A stretch of 64,000 nucleotides of DNA, taken from positions 15,999-79,998 of IMG/VR virus record IMGVR_UViG_3300027857_000016, one strand, 5' to 3'. The stretch comes from a virus. Shown here piece by piece: positions 47,053 to 57,248 of this stretch; the stretch's first letter is position 1; every line of letters starts with the position of its first letter. The position numbers and the translations under genes are program-made. The notes under the pieces are model-generated. The model did not search any database. It was not told the origin of the DNA and was given only the letters and a program-made list of their open reading frames with translations.

Positions 47053-47159
47053 GATATGTCTCCTTATACAGACGTATCCACGCCAGGGGATGGGTCCAAC
47101 CATCGCTCTGGCACAACATTTTACCTCCTCAGTATACCACATACCAAACATTCGTTCAA
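47018..47159 (+). ncRNA. Endonuclease leader cassette C
   Basis: Antisense TTGTCC-17-TACAGT with TG (47018-47046); RBS hairpin 47053-47078; bulged hairpin 47082-47112; sense TTGAAC-17-TATACT (47159-47131). Confidence 0.65.
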
Positions 47160-47265
47160 GCAATTTCACCGTATAATTTCTTGTTTTTCGTTACTCAAAA
47201 ACAGAAAACAAGAAGGGCGATACTAATTAAGATGATGTTGATAGAAGTGATGAGGAGAGAACAAC

Positions 47266-47718
47266 ATGGGTGCATTTGATGATGCAGCGAATATTCTGCT
47301 GCCAGATCCGAGCGATACAGAAGGGTCAGCAGCATTCCGTCGAAAGTGGGGATGGGATGCACACGAGCAGGTCATCCTGAAAGGGGCGTACACGGCAGGA
47401 GATCTCGAAGCCGTTTCCAATGCTGTGCTCGTGAGTGGAAAGAGGGGCGAGAGCATTATGCAGGCAGGAGCGACTCGCATTAAGTTGCTTGATCGTCTCA
47501 TTCTCGATTGGACCTTTGCTCGCAATGGGGTCAAGGTGCCAAAGACACTCGATGCCATCAGACGTCTTCCTGCAAACTACACCACGCCCATTCTTGAGGC
47601 CTGTGACAAGTTGGCATCAGCCATGAATGAGGAGGAGCAGGAGGATTTTTTGGACTTTGTGAACGGGCATTCCTCGGACGACTCCGTACCGATGAAACTG
47701 CTCCAGAAGCGATCATAG
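47266..47718 (+). CDS. Tail assembly chaperone (gpG-like)
   Basis: Between tail tube and TMP; ILDWTF..IRRLP. Confidence 0.8.
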   Translation: MGAFDDAANILLPDPSDTEGSAAFRRKWGWDAHEQVILKGAYTAGDLEAVSNAVLVSGKRGESIMQAGATRIKLLDRLILDWTFARNGVKVPKTLDAIRRLPANYTTPILEACDKLASAMNEEEQEDFLDFVNGHSSDDSVPMKLLQKRS

Positions 47719-47876
47719 AGGCAGAGTTGTGGCCGCTCTTTGGTGGCTATTGGGGGTACCAGGCGGCACCAGTACGCAAAACCATCGAGCAGCGTCTGGT
47801 CTTCTTTGCTCGCACGTCAGCGGAGAAGCAAATCCAAGAAAGACAAGAAGCGGAATATCGGCTACAGACGCGATAA
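47646..47876 (+). other. Programmed -1 frameshift extension (gpGT-like)
   Basis: T TTT TTG at 47646-47652; -1 frame open 74 codons to TAA 47874-47876. Confidence 0.8.
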
Positions 47877-47895
47877 GTGGCGTAGAAGGTGATAA

Positions 47896-50800
47896 GTGGC
47901 AGCAGGTGACATCGCAATACAAATGACGATCACGGCGGTGGATGCCGCGTCATCGATTGTGGGGAATATCGCTGACAGCCTCTCAAAACTTCCTGGTGGA
48001 CTGGGAGTAGTGGCTGGTGCTGCGGTCGCGGCTGGTGCTGCCATTGTGGGTATCGGGGCGAGCGCTGCCACTGCTGCTGGAAATTTTGAACAATCTATGG
48101 AGCGTCTTGTGACGAGCGCGGGAGAGTCACAAAACAACATCAAGATGCTCAGTGACGGTATTCTGCAAATGTCGGTTGATACGGGCACATCTACGGATCA
48201 GCTCGCTGCCGGAATGTATTATATCGAGAGCAGCGGCATCCGCGCCGCCAGCGGCCTTGCTGCCCTGAAGGTGGCTGCGGAGGGTGCAAAGTCAGAAAAT
48301 GCCGACCTGACCACTGTTTCCAAGGCACTCACGGCGGTCCTCACTGACTATCACATGAAAGTTGATGATGCGGCATCTGCAACGGCGTCATCAACTGCTG
48401 TGATGAACGGTTTAATTAAGATAGTCCAGAATGGGAAGACTAACCTTCAGGAATTAAGTGCATCTATGGGGGCGGTTCTCCCAACTGCTTCCTCTCTGGG
48501 TATCTCATTCTCACAAGTAGCCGGTGTGATGGATGTTATGACGAATGCCAGCATTCCTGCCCAACAGGCTGCGCAAAACCTTAGCCACGTACTCCTTGCG
48601 CTCTCTGCACCCGCTGCCAAGGCGGTAACTGCGATGAAGGATGTTGGACTCTCTGCTCAAGAAGTGAAAGATGCTCTGGTGACCAAAGGACTTCCTGCGG
48701 CTCTTCAATTGATCGAAGACCACATCGGCAAACACCTCCCGGCAGGTTCCTATCAGGCTGAACAGGCCCTCAAAGCAATTACGGGCGGTATTATGGGCTT
48801 CAAGGAGGCAGCAATTCTTACCGGGCCGAATCTCAAAGTTGCGGAGGACGATATCAAAGCCGTTGCTGCCGCAATGGGGGATGCCAGTAATGGCGTCATG
48901 GGATGGGATATTGTTCAGGGCGAGTTCAACTTCAAGCTGGACCAGGCAAAGGCCGCTCTCAATGCTTTCATGATTGCCATTGGAGAGAAATTGTTGCCGC
49001 TTCTTACCCCGCTCGTTGAGGGGTTTACCAACTTTGTCTCTACCATTACGCAGTGGGTACAGGGGATCGGAGATGCCACAGCATCTGGGTCGAAGTTCAA
49101 TGACATCGGGCAACTCATCACCAGTACGTTTACTATTATAAGTAATATCTTCTTCCATATCGGGGAGATTCTTCACACCATTTTCGCGCCTGCCTTTGAG
49201 ATGGCGCAGACCGCCATCAGCAACTTCATGAACAATGGCCTTGCACAGGTTCTTGAAGGGCTGAACATGTTTCTTCTGAGAATTGATCAGGCGGTGGGAG
49301 CCTTCTCCAAGTGGCTTGCTGCGTCCGGGTTGGTGCAGAATGCACTCCAAGCCATAGGGGAGGTCATCACCCTTGTCTCCTCCTCTTTTGACAGTCTCAC
49401 GTCCTCCGCTTTTAGCTGGGGGGCGAACATGATGACAGGCTTCGAAAACGGGATCATCTCTGTCATCAATAACATTATCTCCGTGGTAGAGCAGGTTGCC
49501 CAAGAAATCGCCAATTATCTCGGATTTGGATCACCTACCAAAAAAGGGCCAGGGTCCACGCTCAATTCCTGGGGCCAGGGTATGATGCAGGGTCTAGCTC
49601 AAGGAATCACTGCAAGCATACCACTTGTCACCACTGCTGTGAATCAGGTGGCGGGAACACTCAGCGGAGCATTATCAGGAAGCGGTGGAACGGGGATACC
49701 ATCCGCCAGTTCCATGATGATCGACCCGCTGACAGGAGATAAGCGCAAAGTTACGGAAACATCCAATGCCAGAACTTCTACCAACGCGATCAAAGGGTCT
49801 GGTAATGCCATCACGAGCAGTCTTTCATCGGGGATATCGTCAGGGACGAGTCATGTGAGTACTGCGGTCAATGCTGTTGGATCACAGTTGAGCACCCTTT
49901 GTAGTAAGCATGCCCAGTCTACCAGCAACTGCGCTGCGCATGCACTTACCACAGGACTTGCCGCCAAACTGCATGCAGGAAAGGGTGTTGTGGGGGCAGC
50001 AGCTCATGCCGTTGGGTCACAACTCTCAGCCGTCGATAAAGCCGCTGAAGCAGCCGCGAAGAGGGCAGCGGCTGCAAAGCTTGCGGCAGAGAAAAAGGCA
50101 GCAGCAGAAGCCGCCAAAGCCGCGAAGGCAGCAGCGAAACTGGGACCAGCACCGGTAGCAGGAGCCTCGCCCGTACAAGATATCTTAGGCAGTGATGCGA
50201 TCCAGAAGGCGGTAGCACCTATCACAAAGGCGGCACAAGATGCTGCCAAGGCGGTCACAGGGGCACTTGGACCCGCTGCGACCTTCGTCAAAAACGCGTG
50301 GAAGGACGTGTCAGCATTCTTTACACAAGTTGCGGCAAACCTGAAACAGGCATGGCAGTCGATGCTGCCAGGATTGCAGGATATCTGGCGAGTTGTCCAG
50401 CAACAACTGGTTCCAGCACTGAAGGAACTCTGGACCTCGATTCAGCCAGGTGTCGCGCTTATTGGACAAATAGCTGGTGGACTCGTCGTGGGTGCCGTTG
50501 CATTTGCGAAATGGGCCACCTCTGCCAGTACGCTCAAGCCCATCTGGGATTTTTTGGTCGTTACGACAAAGATTATTATCTCGATTCTCTCAACGCTCAT
50601 CCATACCATTGCTGATGCCCTTGCACCTGTCTTCAAGCAACTCTCAGATACGTTCAATTCACAGCTCAAGCCAGCATGGGATGACATGATAAAGTCCATT
50701 CAACCATCGATCCCATTTTGGACGATGCTTGCCCATGCGATTGGTGGACTCCTCGTCATTGCTATTGGCGTACTCATGGCGGTTTTAGGCGGAGTGATTA

Positions 50801-52854
50801 AAGGTCTTGGAGGGCTTTTGGCAGGTCTCATTCAAGCCGTTGGGGGCATCGTCCAGATCGTGAGTGGGTTCGTTCAAATCATTAGTGGCATTCTTGCCAT
50901 GATCTACGACCTGTTCACCGGCAATTGGAGCAAACTGCAAAAGGATAATGATACTGTCTGGAATGGCATCGTCGATGTGATCAAGGGTGTCTGGAACCTC
51001 ATTGTCGGCATCTTCAAGGGGGCCATTGATTTCGTCGTAGGAACGACCACGGGGTTCGTTCAAACGATCATCAAGTTTTTCCAAAACCTCTCTGATACCC
51101 TGGTTGGACACTCCATTATCCCTGATATGGTCAATGGCATCATTTGGTATTTCAAAGACCTCTGGAAAAATATCGTGACGCTGGTTTCTGATCTTGTGAA
51201 ATGGGTGATCAAGCAGTTCCTCGTCCTCCGAGACCAGGCATTTGTCTACTGGAATGCTCTCTATACAGGAATCGTCGATGTACTGAAGCTTATTCAGAAC
51301 GGCGTCCAATATGCCATCTCCTTTATCGTGAACTGGCTCCAGAAGCAGTGGCAGACCCTACAGACAAACGTCAAGACGGCATGGGACGCCGTCAACTCAG
51401 GGATTACCGCCGTACTAAAACTCATCCAGAACGGTATCCAATCAGCGATCACCTCCATTCTCATCTGGCTCCAGAAGCAGTGGCAAGCGTTCCAGACGAA
51501 TGTGCAGCTCGCATGGACCGGAGTGCAGAACATCATCAAGAATGCGACGGCAGGGATCTCGACGTGGCTCGGGACGTGGATCGGCGGACTTATCGCCAGT
51601 GCCGTACAGTGGGGGACGAACCTTATGAAGTCGTTCGCCGACTCGATCACCAAGGGGGTCGCATCGGTAACGACAGCGGTGACGGGCGTTGCCAACAAGA
51701 TCAAAGCCTTCCTGGGCATTCATTCCCCAGCGGAAGAGGGTCCGCTTTCAACCTCCGACCAATGGATGCCTCATTTTATGGCGATGCTTGCGAACGGAAT
51801 CAAGGCAAACACTCCGAAGGTGACGGTTGCCGTTACCGGGGTCGCCACTCAATTTACTACCCTGAATAAGCAGGCCGATACCTCCGTCAACGCCATAAAC
51901 ACGAAAATAGGAACGCTGAGCACAACCTTTTCGACAACGAGCAGCAAAATAACCTCCAATTTGAATATCCTTACGTCGCAGATCAAGACTTCATCTGATA
52001 ACATCAACCGATCGGTGCAGAGCGTCTCCTCGAATACGGAAACGGTCAGTAGCCAGGTAGGGTCAAGTTGGCACTACATCGGGTGGGTCTGCACCACATC
52101 GAGCACGCTCGTCCAGCAAGCAAACACTGACACAGCAAGGAGTTGCCAACAAGCCTCTTCACAAGTCTCTATCACGATCGGTGACACAAAAGCTGATTAC
52201 GTGTCATTCGAGGAAACCGTCAATACCACCATGCGGGGAATCACGAAAAACATGGACGATGGGTTGGCAAACTTTAATGGCACCATGTCCAAGTGGAGCG
52301 ACGGCATGAAGCAGTGGACCGACGACCTCCAGAAGAACCTCAACGGCTTTTTCGATAGCAACGGACCAACCAGTAAGGCGATCACGAAGTGGATGGACGA
52401 TATGCAGCAGAAGTTGAATACATGGAAGGATAACCTCTTCAAAACCATAGGCGACTCTGTGAGCAATTTCTTTTCGAATATGAATAAATCCTTTGCTCAA
52501 GGTATCCAAGCCGCGCAATCCGCTGCACAGCAGATCGCCAACCTGCTCGGACACAGTAAGCCGAAGGAGGGACCCCTCAAGGATGACGATGAGTGGGGAG
52601 AACACTTCATCCACAACATCGTCAAGGGGATACGTTCTGGTATCCCTGAAGTGCAAGCAGTCTCCAATCAGTTGGCGGGGATACTGGTTGGCGGTCTTGC
52701 GCCTTCTTCTAGCGCCTTCGCCCTTCCAGGAGGCAGGTCACCAGGGAACCCCATGATGATCTATGTCTCCCTTGATGGCAAAACCATTGGAAAGTGTGTT
52801 ACCAAATATCAAGAGAGGGAGCTAAGAGTCCAAGGAGTGGTTCGCAACACATAA
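47896..52854 (+). CDS. Tape measure protein (TP901-like N-terminus)
   Basis: 1652 aa, Ala/Gly-rich amphipathic repeats, C-terminal IYVSLDGKTI. Confidence 0.95.
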   Translation: MAAGDIAIQMTITAVDAASSIVGNIADSLSKLPGGLGVVAGAAVAAGAAIVGIGASAATAAGNFEQSMERLVTSAGESQNNIKMLSDGILQMSVDTGTSTDQLAAGMYYIESSGIRAASGLAALKVAAEGAKSENADLTTVSKALTAVLTDYHMKVDDAASATASSTAVMNGLIKIVQNGKTNLQELSASMGAVLPTASSLGISFSQVAGVMDVMTNASIPAQQAAQNLSHVLLALSAPAAKAVTAMKDVGLSAQEVKDALVTKGLPAALQLIEDHIGKHLPAGSYQAEQALKAITGGIMGFKEAAILTGPNLKVAEDDIKAVAAAMGDASNGVMGWDIVQGEFNFKLDQAKAALNAFMIAIGEKLLPLLTPLVEGFTNFVSTITQWVQGIGDATASGSKFNDIGQLITSTFTIISNIFFHIGEILHTIFAPAFEMAQTAISNFMNNGLAQVLEGLNMFLLRIDQAVGAFSKWLAASGLVQNALQAIGEVITLVSSSFDSLTSSAFSWGANMMTGFENGIISVINNIISVVEQVAQEIANYLGFGSPTKKGPGSTLNSWGQGMMQGLAQGITASIPLVTTAVNQVAGTLSGALSGSGGTGIPSASSMMIDPLTGDKRKVTETSNARTSTNAIKGSGNAITSSLSSGISSGTSHVSTAVNAVGSQLSTLCSKHAQSTSNCAAHALTTGLAAKLHAGKGVVGAAAHAVGSQLSAVDKAAEAAAKRAAAAKLAAEKKAAAEAAKAAKAAAKLGPAPVAGASPVQDILGSDAIQKAVAPITKAAQDAAKAVTGALGPAATFVKNAWKDVSAFFTQVAANLKQAWQSMLPGLQDIWRVVQQQLVPALKELWTSIQPGVALIGQIAGGLVVGAVAFAKWATSASTLKPIWDFLVVTTKIIISILSTLIHTIADALAPVFKQLSDTFNSQLKPAWDDMIKSIQPSIPFWTMLAHAIGGLLVIAIGVLMAVLGGVIKGLGGLLAGLIQAVGGIVQIVSGFVQIISGILAMIYDLFTGNWSKLQKDNDTVWNGIVDVIKGVWNLIVGIFKGAIDFVVGTTTGFVQTIIKFFQNLSDTLVGHSIIPDMVNGIIWYFKDLWKNIVTLVSDLVKWVIKQFLVLRDQAFVYWNALYTGIVDVLKLIQNGVQYAISFIVNWLQKQWQTLQTNVKTAWDAVNSGITAVLKLIQNGIQSAITSILIWLQKQWQAFQTNVQLAWTGVQNIIKNATAGISTWLGTWIGGLIASAVQWGTNLMKSFADSITKGVASVTTAVTGVANKIKAFLGIHSPAEEGPLSTSDQWMPHFMAMLANGIKANTPKVTVAVTGVATQFTTLNKQADTSVNAINTKIGTLSTTFSTTSSKITSNLNILTSQIKTSSDNINRSVQSVSSNTETVSSQVGSSWHYIGWVCTTSSTLVQQANTDTARSCQQASSQVSITIGDTKADYVSFEETVNTTMRGITKNMDDGLANFNGTMSKWSDGMKQWTDDLQKNLNGFFDSNGPTSKAITKWMDDMQQKLNTWKDNLFKTIGDSVSNFFSNMNKSFAQGIQAAQSAAQQIANLLGHSKPKEGPLKDDDEWGEHFIHNIVKGIRSGIPEVQAVSNQLAGILVGGLAPSSSAFALPGGRSPGNPMMIYVSLDGKTIGKCVTKYQERELRVQGVVRNT

Positions 52855-52897
52855 TAATACAAGTATTGTATATGTGGAAGGGAGTAAGATGTAATAC

Positions 52898-55816
52898 ATG
52901 GCGGCAACCTGTACCATTGGTGGTGTGGCTTATATTATGATCGAGGATCAGCATGATCTAACCAATGCGCTCGATGAGCGGCAACGGTTTAAGTGTGACA
53001 TCATCGATTATGCTGGTACTGCGCATTTTGTGAAGGGTGAGCAGGTTGTTGTCTCCGATCCCGTCCTCGGTATTATCTTCAACGGTTACGTCAGCTCTGA
53101 TAAGGAAATCCCACAATATCCGTCAGGCGCGATCCTGCACTCCATCGACTGTATTGACCAGCACTATCTTGCCGACAAGCGCACATACACGCGCACATAC
53201 ACCACACCGTCTCTGGCAGGTAAGATCGCGGTGGATCACCTCCATGATGTGTTGCTGGCAGAAGGGGTCACACAGAATTTTGCAGAGCACTTTGATACGA
53301 CTCCGACCGATTTTAGTCAGGGCATCATTACCAGCACTATCGGAGCATCAAATGTTGGGGACGGGGATCTGGAGCTGGCACCTGCTGGAAGCAACGTCAC
53401 GATCTTAGAGCAAACAACGGCAGACTTCTCCACAGGTACCCTATCGAACGTTACTGCTGTCAGCAATACGTTGACCCCAACGACCGTCAGTGGGCTAGCC
53501 GTCACCGCAACGCTCCCCTTTGGGATCGCGGGCGCATTTCTCAATGTCAACTTCTGGGGTGGAAGCAAAGCACTTGGGACCAGCGATACTTTCAATTACG
53601 ACATCTGGATTGCCAGCACCTCCCCACAAATTATGTGTACGGTAGGATTGATTTTTAACGACGGAACGACGGCAACGGGCATTGTGGACCAGAATAACCT
53701 CGCCATCGATGCGACTACCGACCTCACCAATTACGCGAAAGACAAGTGGTACACGCGTAACATCTCGACGACGACCTATAATGGCAAGACCATCGCCAAT
53801 GTCTTCGTCGGGTTCGGCGGGACCTCGCAGGGAACCTATACGGTCTACGTCAAAAACGTGTACTTGACCAGTGCTTCCGGGAGTCCATTTTTCAGCACGA
53901 CGGCCGTGGCAACCCAACTCAACCCCATGCAGGTCATTTCCTATTCATACTATACAGCAGCACTCACGACAGGAACGGTCATTCCCGTCTTCGATCCGGC
54001 TACCTCAATGCGCACCAGTCCATCACACAGCATTAGCGCGGTACAGTTGCTTGGTTCATCTGTAGTTACATGGGTAGCAGGAACACCAGGAACATCTGGA
54101 TTCAATCTCAATGTCTCCTATGACGGAGGAGTGACCTACCAGCATTGCACCAATAACTCCGCTCTCCCAGGACTCCCTTCAGGATCAAATGTGGCTGGAC
54201 TCAACATCATCTTACAAGAAACCTTTGGAGCTGGTACCAACCCCAGCTTGCTCCCCAACCTACAACTTGTCAATATTGTTCTGAACTCCGCGCCAAATGC
54301 GACGAAATCAGATATCGTGACCACTTTTGCAACCCAAACAGCCTGGAATACTGGAACGTATGTCAACACACAGGCACTGGTCAATGGGGATCTCGAACCT
54401 ATTATTGTCACCCGTGACTGGAACAATCACTCAACATCTGGGCAAACCTTCTTCTTAATTCACGGAGGTATTACAGAGTCAGCGTCAACGGGCGCCTACG
54501 TCATGACGATGACACATTATTCTGGCTCTGTGAACTATGCCCAATCACGTCTTGACTTTATTGGTTCAGTTGCGGACTTCATTCTTGATATCGATACGGC
54601 CTGCACCGCGTCTGGAAGTTTTGTTGGTATTACCTATCGGCAAACGTATTGGAGCAGTCCCAGTCTGGGATCATACGGCTACCTTGTTCAGTACACAGGT
54701 GCTCAATTGTGGCTCTGGCGCGGTTCCAACTCATCTAGTTCATCGGCAACCATGCTGGCGAGTGTCTCTTTTACGAATCTCTCGACACACTTGCGTATCG
54801 TCGTGAGCGGAGGATCACACCAAATCTACGCGGGGAATGCAACAACACCAACGATTTCTGTTTTCGACAGCACGTATACGTCTGCGGGAAACATTGCACT
54901 GTATGGTGAGAACTCAAGTCCCACTATTGACGGGTCCGCCACGTGGGACAATCTTGTTCTCACGTATCCAGGCAACGCTACGTGGCAAGGACCTTCAACA
55001 TCGATTAGTAGTCTAGGAACATGCGGGTTATCAGCCTTGACATGGGTAGAAGTCAATACGGGAAATTCACTCCAAGCTGCTGTTTCCATCGAGTCAAGTG
55101 TTGATGGGGGATCAACATATCAAGTCTGTACCAACGGAGGTCCCATCCCGAACCTGCCTTCGGGTACGAACGTATCAGGGAAAAGCGTCAAGCTTCTCAT
55201 CTCATTCACATATTCGAGCACAGCACTTCCTCCAATTGTTCGCCAACTCGTCTGGCGCGTACTTGGTCAATACCCTGGCTCATCTGGCAATCGCACAACT
55301 GCGCCACTCGGCAATGATACGATGGTGCGTGCCAACGTCGTATCAGGCTTCGGGACCGGATTTGACTCGCAGACCTACACACAGGTTGGCACTGGCACCA
55401 CTAGCCTCACCTCCAATGAGGCGGCAATAGCCAATACCACAGGCGATGTCCACATGATCTACGGGTCACGAACCTGGACAGACGAGGACGGCACAGTACG
55501 ATTCCTGTTATCGGCAGCAACGATCTCAGCAGGGATTGAATTGCGCTACACCGACACCAACAACTTCTACCGATTGCAGGCATCAACCACCACTGTGAGT
55601 ATCGTCAAAAAACAAGCGGGTATCTCACAGACATTGGCATCGGTAAGTATGACGATAACAACTGGAACATGGTATCGCATGAGATTCCGCGTCACAGGAG
55701 CGACACAACCATTGCTTCAAGGCAATGTCTGGCTCGATGGAACGCTCGAAAATACGATCAGTCCAGTCACTGGACTATGGAATAACAGCAACTGGACCAT
55801 ACAAGCAGCAGGGTAA
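52898..55816 (+). CDS. Baseplate hub N-terminal part with nested carbohydrate-binding inserts
   Basis: IIFNGYV..IDCID.HYLADKR..LAEGVT hub-like start; repeated S.DGG.TY..CTN domains. Confidence 0.75.
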   Translation: MAATCTIGGVAYIMIEDQHDLTNALDERQRFKCDIIDYAGTAHFVKGEQVVVSDPVLGIIFNGYVSSDKEIPQYPSGAILHSIDCIDQHYLADKRTYTRTYTTPSLAGKIAVDHLHDVLLAEGVTQNFAEHFDTTPTDFSQGIITSTIGASNVGDGDLELAPAGSNVTILEQTTADFSTGTLSNVTAVSNTLTPTTVSGLAVTATLPFGIAGAFLNVNFWGGSKALGTSDTFNYDIWIASTSPQIMCTVGLIFNDGTTATGIVDQNNLAIDATTDLTNYAKDKWYTRNISTTTYNGKTIANVFVGFGGTSQGTYTVYVKNVYLTSASGSPFFSTTAVATQLNPMQVISYSYYTAALTTGTVIPVFDPATSMRTSPSHSISAVQLLGSSVVTWVAGTPGTSGFNLNVSYDGGVTYQHCTNNSALPGLPSGSNVAGLNIILQETFGAGTNPSLLPNLQLVNIVLNSAPNATKSDIVTTFATQTAWNTGTYVNTQALVNGDLEPIIVTRDWNNHSTSGQTFFLIHGGITESASTGAYVMTMTHYSGSVNYAQSRLDFIGSVADFILDIDTACTASGSFVGITYRQTYWSSPSLGSYGYLVQYTGAQLWLWRGSNSSSSSATMLASVSFTNLSTHLRIVVSGGSHQIYAGNATTPTISVFDSTYTSAGNIALYGENSSPTIDGSATWDNLVLTYPGNATWQGPSTSISSLGTCGLSALTWVEVNTGNSLQAAVSIESSVDGGSTYQVCTNGGPIPNLPSGTNVSGKSVKLLISFTYSSTALPPIVRQLVWRVLGQYPGSSGNRTTAPLGNDTMVRANVVSGFGTGFDSQTYTQVGTGTTSLTSNEAAIANTTGDVHMIYGSRTWTDEDGTVRFLLSAATISAGIELRYTDTNNFYRLQASTTTVSIVKKQAGISQTLASVSMTITTGTWYRMRFRVTGATQPLLQGNVWLDGTLENTISPVTGLWNNSNWTIQAAG

Positions 55817-55832
55817 ATGGGAGGTAAAAGAG

Positions 55833-56591
55833 GTGGCGGATTATACAACCATCAACATGCAGTACCAGACAGGTACTGATGCAAGTCCAGTTTGGACAGG
55901 AACTGCGATTAGTCTCAGCGGATCGGCGGGTGCAAACGAGTTCCGTATGGCAATTACTGGAGGGGGTACAAGCATCGCATCAGCGTCATGGCCGTTTATG
56001 GCAAAGCCAGGAAGCGGCACGACAGCAGTCACCTCACTCTACGCTTATACGGCAGACACAACAGGACTTCAGGTCACAACCTATACAGGCGATAATACCA
56101 AGGCACGCGTTCTGCGTTGGAACTTCGATAATACAGGGAACCCCGTGACCGCTATGCAGGTAGGGGCATTTGCTAATAGCACACATACAGCCCCTTCACC
56201 GGGTACACAACCACCTGGGGCAAATAATGATGCATTCACCAATGGACATGCCACGGACACAAGTAGTAGAAGTTATATCAAGTTTAACCTCTACGGATCT
56301 GGATTAACCGCTGGAGGATCACAAGAAACGCCATCGGCAGGAACAGTAGGAACACTGCCTACGGCTACAACTGGCACTACTGGATCAGTCACAACCACTG
56401 CCGGAAACTGGTTAAATACCAATGGGGCATGGCAAGATGCGCAAGGTTTTACGGATTACATTACAGGTGTAGCAATACCGCAAACGGCAACGGCGTTCTT
56501 TTGGTACATGACGGTTATATTCTGGATCGGCGCGAACATTACTGCGGGCAGTTGGACGCCCTTGATAACATTGCAGTATAGCTACAGTTGA
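55833..56591 (+). CDS. Virion structural protein
   Basis: GGAGG RBS before GTG; Thr/Gly-rich. Confidence 0.7.
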   Translation: MADYTTINMQYQTGTDASPVWTGTAISLSGSAGANEFRMAITGGGTSIASASWPFMAKPGSGTTAVTSLYAYTADTTGLQVTTYTGDNTKARVLRWNFDNTGNPVTAMQVGAFANSTHTAPSPGTQPPGANNDAFTNGHATDTSSRSYIKFNLYGSGLTAGGSQETPSAGTVGTLPTATTGTTGSVTTTAGNWLNTNGAWQDAQGFTDYITGVAIPQTATAFFWYMTVIFWIGANITAGSWTPLITLQYSYS

Positions 56592-56656
56592 ACATCATAG
56601 TTATACTGCAACTTTGACGAGGAGGATCGGTAGAGAAGGTATGTACGTGGGGGTAG

Positions 56657-57247
56657 ATGATGGGATTGGTTGAAGAGTTACTAGGGTGCCCTCTCTTAGA
56701 GATTACACGCTCCTACTGGGCAGTCAAACTCACAACAGGTGAATGGATCTGCGAGGCACGTGTCAAGACCGACCTCTATAACGGTACTGAGCGCCAGTTC
56801 GATTGGTCGAACGATTTAGTTGCGAATGAAGACGTGCTCAAAATCACCCAACTCTGGCTTCTCTGCCCGCCCTCAAAGACTTCACCTCTTGGCAATACAG
56901 CGTATCTCACCATCGGCGAGCCAGGGACTGCCTTTCAGTTCAAGGTGGCAACAGCAGATAGCAACGTCGCCATGACTGCACGTAGTCTCCAGATACACGT
57001 CATAGGCAAAGTTACCAACAAAGAGACGGGCGATTGTGATGTCTTCGCATGGGATGATGCGGAGCAGGGCCTGATCACTCCTCAAACAATGATTTACGAC
57101 CCGCTTACCGGAGGTGCAAAGCGAGACGCATCAGGCAACCTGATCTACGCAGGGAAGACCAACATCTACAACTTTCACTCGTGGAGACCAGATTCTCTAG
57201 CTCCTTTAGGGAGATTAGAACTCAGAACTGTGGGGGTCAGAGTATAA
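56657..57247 (+). CDS. Hypothetical tail-region protein
   Basis: 196-aa ORF. Confidence 0.65.
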   Translation: MMGLVEELLGCPLLEITRSYWAVKLTTGEWICEARVKTDLYNGTERQFDWSNDLVANEDVLKITQLWLLCPPSKTSPLGNTAYLTIGEPGTAFQFKVATADSNVAMTARSLQIHVIGKVTNKETGDCDVFAWDDAEQGLITPQTMIYDPLTGGAKRDASGNLIYAGKTNIYNFHSWRPDSLAPLGRLELRTVGVRV

Positions 57248-57248
57248 C

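Noticed and set aside
46178-47226. + strand ORFs 46178-46762 and 46759-47226
   Set aside because: Mirror of the NUMOD3 repeats of the minus-strand GIY-YIG gene; no RBS or domain
48511-49503. 330-aa minus-strand ORF in the tape measure gene (likewise 20159-21028 and 26442-27215)
   Set aside because: Antisense shadows of well-supported structural genes
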